Assembly (NCBI GenBank): GCA_018650165.1
Contig: JABIGM010000004.1
Location: 1-10,670 of the forward strand
Source: Methanobacteriota archaeon
GTDB taxonomy: Archaea > Thermoplasmatota > Poseidoniia > Poseidoniales > Poseidoniaceae
Length of the DNA stretch: 10,670 nucleotides
Direction: 5' to 3'
The position numbers were made by a program, and so were the translations under genes. The notes under the pieces are model-generated. The model was given only the letters and a program-made list of their open reading frames with translations, was not told where the DNA came from and did no database searches. The stretch's first letter is position 1; each line of letters begins with the position of its first letter. Of the stretch, positions 6,280 through 10,670 are shown one piece after another.

Positions 6280-6663
6280 TCAGTCTATGCGGAATAAACA
6301 AGTTTCCGGCTTTTTGAAGAATTTGTGACGGTATTTGGCAATGAACCAATATCCAATGTCACGAATTGGTAATGGTATTAACCAGAGAACTGGATACCAC
6401 ATTGCATAGTACCACCTCATGTATAGTAGGAAGCGTATTCCCGCTGCTGAACGAATGTAGGACTTCCCATGCCTAACTAAGTAGACCGAATCAGCCGCTT
6501 GTTGTTTCTTTGGAAATGTGTGAATCATCGTTTGTGCAGCATCAGAAAGAATTGGTCTATAGCCGAGGTCTTGACCCTTAGCCAAACGTTTGTCTATGAA
6601 GTTGGCAAGCCGATGGCATAATCCACAATCGCCATCGAGTAAAAGAAAATCTCGTTCACTCAT
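6280..6663 (-). CDS. DCC-family (DUF393, YuxK-like) putative thiol-disulfide oxidoreductase (~127 aa)
   Basis: N-terminal LLDGDCGLC (DxxCxxC), then DSVYLV, YIRSAAGIR and IPLPIRDIGYWFIAKYRHKFF, matching the family P..lRD..Y..iA..Ry..fG motif. The ATG at 6663 overlaps the upstream stop (ATGA) and has an SD-like AGGTGG. Confidence 0.9.
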   Translation of the reverse strand: MSERDFLLLDGDCGLCHRLANFIDKRLAKGQDLGYRPILSDAAQTMIHTFPKKQQAADSVYLVRHGKSYIRSAAGIRFLLYMRWYYAMWYPVLWLIPLPIRDIGYWFIAKYRHKFFKKPETCLFRID

Positions 6664-7397
6664 ACTTCCACCTTCTGTATTGACCATGTATGCACATACA
6701 CACCTTCAGACACATGAGTGTAGTCTGGCTGTAATACATCAATTCCCAAATCATATGATTCAGTCAAGGAGTTCTTAGTGATTGTAGCCTCTCCTTCTCG
6801 GTAGGTCCACGGGTTATGTTGGGTATATGCCATATTGAGAGAACCTTTGTGAGAGGTATAAAGTGAATATCTTTCAAACAAGAATTCTTCAATTGATCCC
6901 TTCGCTGCTTGTGTTTCTTTCCCGATTGCACGACATTCACCTTCCAGTTCTGCGCCATCACTAGAACGTCTTGACTTCCACGAAAAGACATCATCATTCA
7001 CTGCGAGACGACATTTAGCATACCTGTATGGCAGTCCGTATGTGCGGGGAGCATGCCAACAAGTGATTCGACTTTGGGCATCGAGAGTGATGAATAGGAC
7101 CCCTGCTTTACCATTTTTTTTGACATATGTTCGGATGTTGAATTCTGGGAATGTAGAGATTCCTGGAACTGAAGGTAGAAGACGAGGGCGTACGTTTTTC
7201 ATTACAAAAGGGATAGTCCCAACGAATGCCTTTCCTTGGAATAAGTCGATTTCTAGTCCTTCAGGGATGTGTGGTCTCAATTTATCAATATCCACTTCCC
7301 AATGCAGAAAGGTGAGATTACGCCATTCTTGGACAAGTGCATGCGGTCTGTTTGGCATTGGGAAGGGAAGATGGTCATGGCGAATATCTTGGCCCAT
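6660..7397 (-). CDS. DUF2071 / YqjF family protein (~245 aa)
   Basis: QEWRNLTFLHWEVD, PEGLEIDLFQGKAFVGTIPF, FPEFNIRTYV, GVLFITLDA, YGLPY, FLFERYSLY and HNPW all follow the YqjF/DUF2071 pattern. The start is ATG 7397, 10 nt after the upstream stop. Confidence 0.88.
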   Translation of the reverse strand: MGQDIRHDHLPFPMPNRPHALVQEWRNLTFLHWEVDIDKLRPHIPEGLEIDLFQGKAFVGTIPFVMKNVRPRLLPSVPGISTFPEFNIRTYVKKNGKAGVLFITLDAQSRITCWHAPRTYGLPYRYAKCRLAVNDDVFSWKSRRSSDGAELEGECRAIGKETQAAKGSIEEFLFERYSLYTSHKGSLNMAYTQHNPWTYREGEATITKNSLTESYDLGIDVLQPDYTHVSEGVYVHTWSIQKVEV

Positions 7398-7407
7398 ATC
7401 TAACCCT

Positions 7408-9723
7408 TCAAAATAATCCAATGTTGTAGGCGTCAATAATTCCACCAGTCAACGCCCAAAGCGAGATTGGAATTAGTGCCCACCCTAATGCTTCTGAGAA
7501 TGGCCCCGAACCAAATGAGCCAAATGCTCGTGATAATGAGCCACCCCAAGATGCAACGAATCGGATAATCAGAGTAAGAACTCCTGCAATAAGTATGTGG
7601 AGGATTAGCATAAATGGCCCTGAGAGAATGCCAACTCCTCCTGTCATCGTAATTGCTGCAACTCCTTGAGGAAGAAGTGCGGGATTAGCTAACCAAATGA
7701 ACCACCCCATCCAGAATCCGATAAGTAGGTCCCTCTCGACATCTTCGAGTTCTCTCCATTCACTGAACGCAGTGGAATACGCATTGTGTAGCCTTTTTGC
7801 TAAAAAGCGAATTTCCCATGGAGTGCCTTTCATTGCTGCTCTTATTGCTGCAGAAACAAACCATACTAAGAGGGTCAAATCAATCCATGTTCGAAAATCA
7901 TTATCGCCAGGGATGAAGGACATCACCAAAGGTGCTAGATTAACCATGAGGAAACCAATTCCACCTGCTAGAGCAACACTTCCCCAAAGAGTACCAGGGA
8001 TTAGTGGCTCTTCAGGAGCCTCGTAAGATTTTCTAGGAAGTGCGACAAGTAGCATTGCCAATCCCGGTCCCCAAAATAGACTAAGTGTCCCGAATACCGA
8101 TTGTTGTCCACCAGTGCCAATTTCTTCAACAGCATCAATTAAATCTTCTGAACTAGCAGAACCACTAGAGGAATAAGTCACATGACCTGATTTGTCGATT
8201 ATTACAACCGAATCAGAAACCCCCATTGGCATACGTTGTGCAAACCTACTCTCCCCATCATCAATCAAAATCGGCCAGGTCGCATTGGTGATATCTGCAA
8301 TCGTCGTTAAATCATCCATCCGAACATTTTCACCAGTTACGATTTGTACAACACTCACGCGTTCTCCTAAACGGTCAACAACATTTTCCAGTTGCTTTGA
8401 TTGGTCAATTGCATTGACAGATGCGGGTAAAGTAATTCCAATAACCACGGCATCTTTCCCATCTAGTAACTCATCCAAAGAAACCGATGAGTTACCATTT
8501 TGGTGGAGAATAAAAGATGGTACACGCACATCATCTGCAACAATCCGGTCACCGCCAAGGTCTGGGATGTCATTTGCCAAGGGTATCATCAACAAAGCCA
8601 TCACAACAAGTGCGCCCATCAATGGAAGTGGAAGTAGAATTCCTTGTCTAATCAATACCACAAGGTATGCAATTATCGATACAAAACCTGAAATTGAGAG
8701 CCATAGGAATGCACTGGCGATTGGGTCATTATCTTCTTCAACATTGAATCTGATAATTCCTTCATGGTCGCAATTTTTCCCAGCGATTCCATTTATTCCA
8801 GTATCAACAGTTTTCAGACAAACTATCAGTACATTATCTCCAGATGGAAGTTCATTGATTCCAGTGAACACCTTTGCGGGTCGGCCCATATCGTCGGTTC
8901 TTTCGACATATGGGCTAGTCGCAGTAAATCCTTCAGGCCTCATATCGATATCATATATTCTCTTTTCATCAGGCTCTAGTGGCCCAAAAATATTCATCGT
9001 TGTAAAATCTTGATCTAAATCATCAAAACCCCAAGGTAGTGTTGCAACAAATTGGATATGTGCTAATTTAGAATCATCAACAGTAACTTCCACTTCAGGA
9101 GAAAACAAATTCCCTTGAATGACAATACCACCACTGAATTCATCTGAACCACCCCATTCAATGTTGATATTAGCAGGACAATTTGTTGAGGCGGACATCG
9201 AGTAAGAGATTACATCACCTGGTCTTGCTGTAATATTTGCCATTTGGATCTGAGTACTCATATTATGAGCATCCGCAGATGGCTCGTAGACATTGTCAAC
9301 AACAGTCCCGGAGTAAGTAAAATCTCCAATTTGTACTTGAGTATCAATCGTCACAGGATTATTAGTCCTGCATTGAGCTAATGGAAATCCAGTTCCAGCC
9401 TGCACATATGCAGCAACATATGTTGAAATGTTGAATGTTCCATTGAAGCCCATCTCAAGAGGGGGCATTGTCAGGGGACCAATCGATGCACTTTGTCCAG
9501 ACCTAATCATAACATTACCCATCGCTGCACCTTGGTAATCACGAGTCAAATTGACATCATTATCAGCGCCACTGATGTATATTCTGTGGATGTTATTGAT
9601 GTTCCACTCAACGAAACCAGGCTCATAAGTTTCATCAGCAGCAGATGCATTAGAAATCAATGGACCTATGGATGGGATTACTATGCACAGAAGTGCAAAT
9701 AGTGCAATCCATCTCCTCTGCAT
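7408..9723 (-). CDS. Large exported/polytopic membrane protein (771 aa): signal peptide, ~300-aa extracellular domain, 2 TM, Cys-free thioredoxin/redoxin-like domain, and a Cys-free CcdA/DsbD-like multi-TM domain
   Basis: Signal peptide MQRRWIALFALLCIV..ASA/ADE and TMs at aa ~336-358 and 362-383. The redoxin pattern runs VPSFIL..NG..VSLDELL.GK.AVVI...WPILIDD...VVIIDKSGHVTY. About six TMs follow at aa 541-765. The reading frame is certain; the domain calls are by eye. Confidence 0.75.
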   Translation of the reverse strand: MQRRWIALFALLCIVIPSIGPLISNASAADETYEPGFVEWNINNIHRIYISGADNDVNLTRDYQGAAMGNVMIRSGQSASIGPLTMPPLEMGFNGTFNISTYVAAYVQAGTGFPLAQCRTNNPVTIDTQVQIGDFTYSGTVVDNVYEPSADAHNMSTQIQMANITARPGDVISYSMSASTNCPANINIEWGGSDEFSGGIVIQGNLFSPEVEVTVDDSKLAHIQFVATLPWGFDDLDQDFTTMNIFGPLEPDEKRIYDIDMRPEGFTATSPYVERTDDMGRPAKVFTGINELPSGDNVLIVCLKTVDTGINGIAGKNCDHEGIIRFNVEEDNDPIASAFLWLSISGFVSIIAYLVVLIRQGILLPLPLMGALVVMALLMIPLANDIPDLGGDRIVADDVRVPSFILHQNGNSSVSLDELLDGKDAVVIGITLPASVNAIDQSKQLENVVDRLGERVSVVQIVTGENVRMDDLTTIADITNATWPILIDDGESRFAQRMPMGVSDSVVIIDKSGHVTYSSSGSASSEDLIDAVEEIGTGGQQSVFGTLSLFWGPGLAMLLVALPRKSYEAPEEPLIPGTLWGSVALAGGIGFLMVNLAPLVMSFIPGDNDFRTWIDLTLLVWFVSAAIRAAMKGTPWEIRFLAKRLHNAYSTAFSEWRELEDVERDLLIGFWMGWFIWLANPALLPQGVAAITMTGGVGILSGPFMLILHILIAGVLTLIIRFVASWGGSLSRAFGSFGSGPFSEALGWALIPISLWALTGGIIDAYNIGLF

Positions 9724-9748
9724 GTTCTATCCCAAGCACTCGGAGTTG

Positions 9749-9771
9749 AAGAAACCACATCATAGATGTGG
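9749..9771 (-). terminator. Hairpin plus U-tract over the DUF92 stop codon
   Basis: Minus strand reads CCACATC-TAT-GATGTGG followed by TTTCTT: a perfect 7-bp stem with a 3-nt loop that includes the TGA stop. Confidence 0.35.
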
Positions 9772-10500
9772 GCTTCCCAAGTAGCACCACATTGCAATAA
9801 TTCCAGAAGTAATGGCGGCCGCATTGACAGTACCCTTTGTCATGAATCCTCTATTTTCTAGGAGCGCACCTAGTAGGCTATCCACCTGACATCCCATCCA
9901 ACCAATAAGGGCAACTATTGCTGCATATTCCAGATTTTGCTCAGAGAGAAATGCGAGTGCTGCAATGATAACCGAACCAACTGCAGCGGCAAGTTGCCCG
10001 TTAGGAGAAAATCCACCATTGATTCCAGGTTCACATTTTGCCATGGTAGTAATCATACGAACTCTCTCATCGAGGCAGCCAATTTCGGATGCAAATGTAT
10101 CTGCTGCAGCTACTGCTACCGCCGCTGAAAATATCCATAATCCATTATCATGATCACCCAATGCCCATGCAATAACTGCTACAAGCCCCGGAAGTCCTCC
10201 GTTTGCGACTACATTACCCCAACTTCGGTGGCCGTCGCTTGATTCACAAAGACCCTTTGATGATTTTTCTTCAAATCGCCATTTGGTTACTTTGTGCGCA
10301 GTTCCAAGGAATCCTAAGAGAATAACTAGCCAAGTCCAATGCCCTAATGCACCAACTACTATGCCAAGTGCCGCTGCTGCGTATACTCCAAGCCGGTCCA
10401 GAACTCGGTACCGTTCGGAGATGAGAGTAAGTATGGCTACGATACCTATTGTAACCCAGAGGTTACCCGCAGTCAAACCAGGTTGCATGATGTCAATCAT
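9760..10500 (-). CDS. DUF92 / TMEM19 family integral membrane protein (VTE6-like; candidate isoprenoid-phosphate kinase) (~246 aa)
   Basis: RSWGNVVANGG, AAADTFASEIG, RMITT...PGINGGFSPNG and GCQVDSLLGALLE..NAAA are the DUF92 motifs, and the protein has many TMs. The start is probably ATG 10500 with a purine-rich GGAGAGAGTG upstream; the in-frame TTG extension does not look protein-like. Confidence 0.9.
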   Translation of the reverse strand: MIDIMQPGLTAGNLWVTIGIVAILTLISERYRVLDRLGVYAAAALGIVVGALGHWTWLVILLGFLGTAHKVTKWRFEEKSSKGLCESSDGHRSWGNVVANGGLPGLVAVIAWALGDHDNGLWIFSAAVAVAAADTFASEIGCLDERVRMITTMAKCEPGINGGFSPNGQLAAAVGSVIIAALAFLSEQNLEYAAIVALIGWMGCQVDSLLGALLENRGFMTKGTVNAAAITSGIIAMWCYLGSPHL

Positions 10501-10587
10501 CACTCTCTCCCTTCTGCTCCCACGGGAATCACCGTCTATACCTTGCCCCTGTATTTGTATCAAAATATGGGTTTTGATTATTCTCAA

Positions 10588-10670
10588 TCAGGAGGGGAGG
10601 TGCATGACTGCAGCCAAAATCTCTCTACCAATAATCCACAAACCGATAACCAGTATCACAATCCAAGATA
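10588..10670 (-). CDS. 3' end of an upstream membrane protein, truncated by the window edge (...SWIVILVIGLWIIGREILAAVMHLPS*)
   Basis: Only one minus-strand frame is open from the window edge. It encodes a TM-like helix and ends at TGA 10588-10590. Too short to assign a family. Confidence 0.6.
   Translation of the reverse strand, partial: SWIVILVIGLWIIGREILAAVMHLPS

Noticed and set aside
929-7445. Longest-ORF starts in the track for sucD (972), sucC (2149), the nucleotidyltransferase (2191), tpiA (3235), the SAP gene (5767), DCC (6687) and DUF2071 (7445)
   Set aside because: Downstream ATGs give family-typical N-termini, avoid long overlaps, and fit either an SD motif or a TATA-like spacing.
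6590-9702. Alternative ORFs 6590-6778, 6764-6997, 7042-7416, 7697-8026, 8192-9013 (273 aa), 8764-8979 and 9493-9702
   Set aside because: They overlap better-supported genes. The long 273-aa ORF is the codon-aligned antisense of the 771-aa gene, with typical S/I/T-rich shadow composition.
9937-10153. Plus-strand ORFs 9937-10128 (Cys-rich) and 9965-10153
   Set aside because: They are antisense to DUF92. The Cys richness comes from Ala (GCA) codons on the coding strand.
10501-10587. 29-aa N-terminal extension of DUF92 from TTG 10587
   Set aside because: It abuts the upstream stop, does not resemble the family, and contains a TATA-like TATAGA and a purine-rich SD-like tract, so it is more likely intergenic.
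1-10670. tRNA, rRNA, IS elements, integrases, programmed frameshifts, or in-frame Sec/Pyl codons
   Set aside because: No cloverleaf or rRNA-like sequence was seen, nearly all the sequence is explained by uninterrupted ORFs, and the missing cysteines in the 771-aa protein are not replaced by in-frame TGA.

Overview
A 10.7-kb archaeal chromosomal window. The archaeal-type TIM, a DUF92 protein, leaderless-looking gene starts and bacterial-type sucCD together suggest Marine Group II/III Thermoplasmatota (Poseidoniia-like); this is inferred. The left part is central metabolism: sucC-sucD on the minus strand, divergent from a sugar-1-phosphate nucleotidyltransferase and tpiA. The middle holds three poorly characterised genes. 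One is an apparently catalytically dead AddB/Cas4-like PD-(D/E)XK protein that keeps its four Fe-S cysteines. One is a SAP domain + 4 TM + zinc-ribbon membrane protein. One is a divergent small TM2-domain protein. The right part is a minus-strand run: the 3' end of a membrane protein, DUF92/TMEM19, a 771-aa secreted/polytopic protein, DUF2071 (YqjF) and a DCC/DUF393 thiol-disulfide oxidoreductase. The 771-aa protein carries a thioredoxin-like domain and a CcdA/DsbD-like domain that both lack all cysteines. No rRNA, tRNA, CRISPR array, transposase or integrase was seen. All family calls come from motif recognition by eye; no searches were run. Residue numbers refer to the supplied ORF-track translations.
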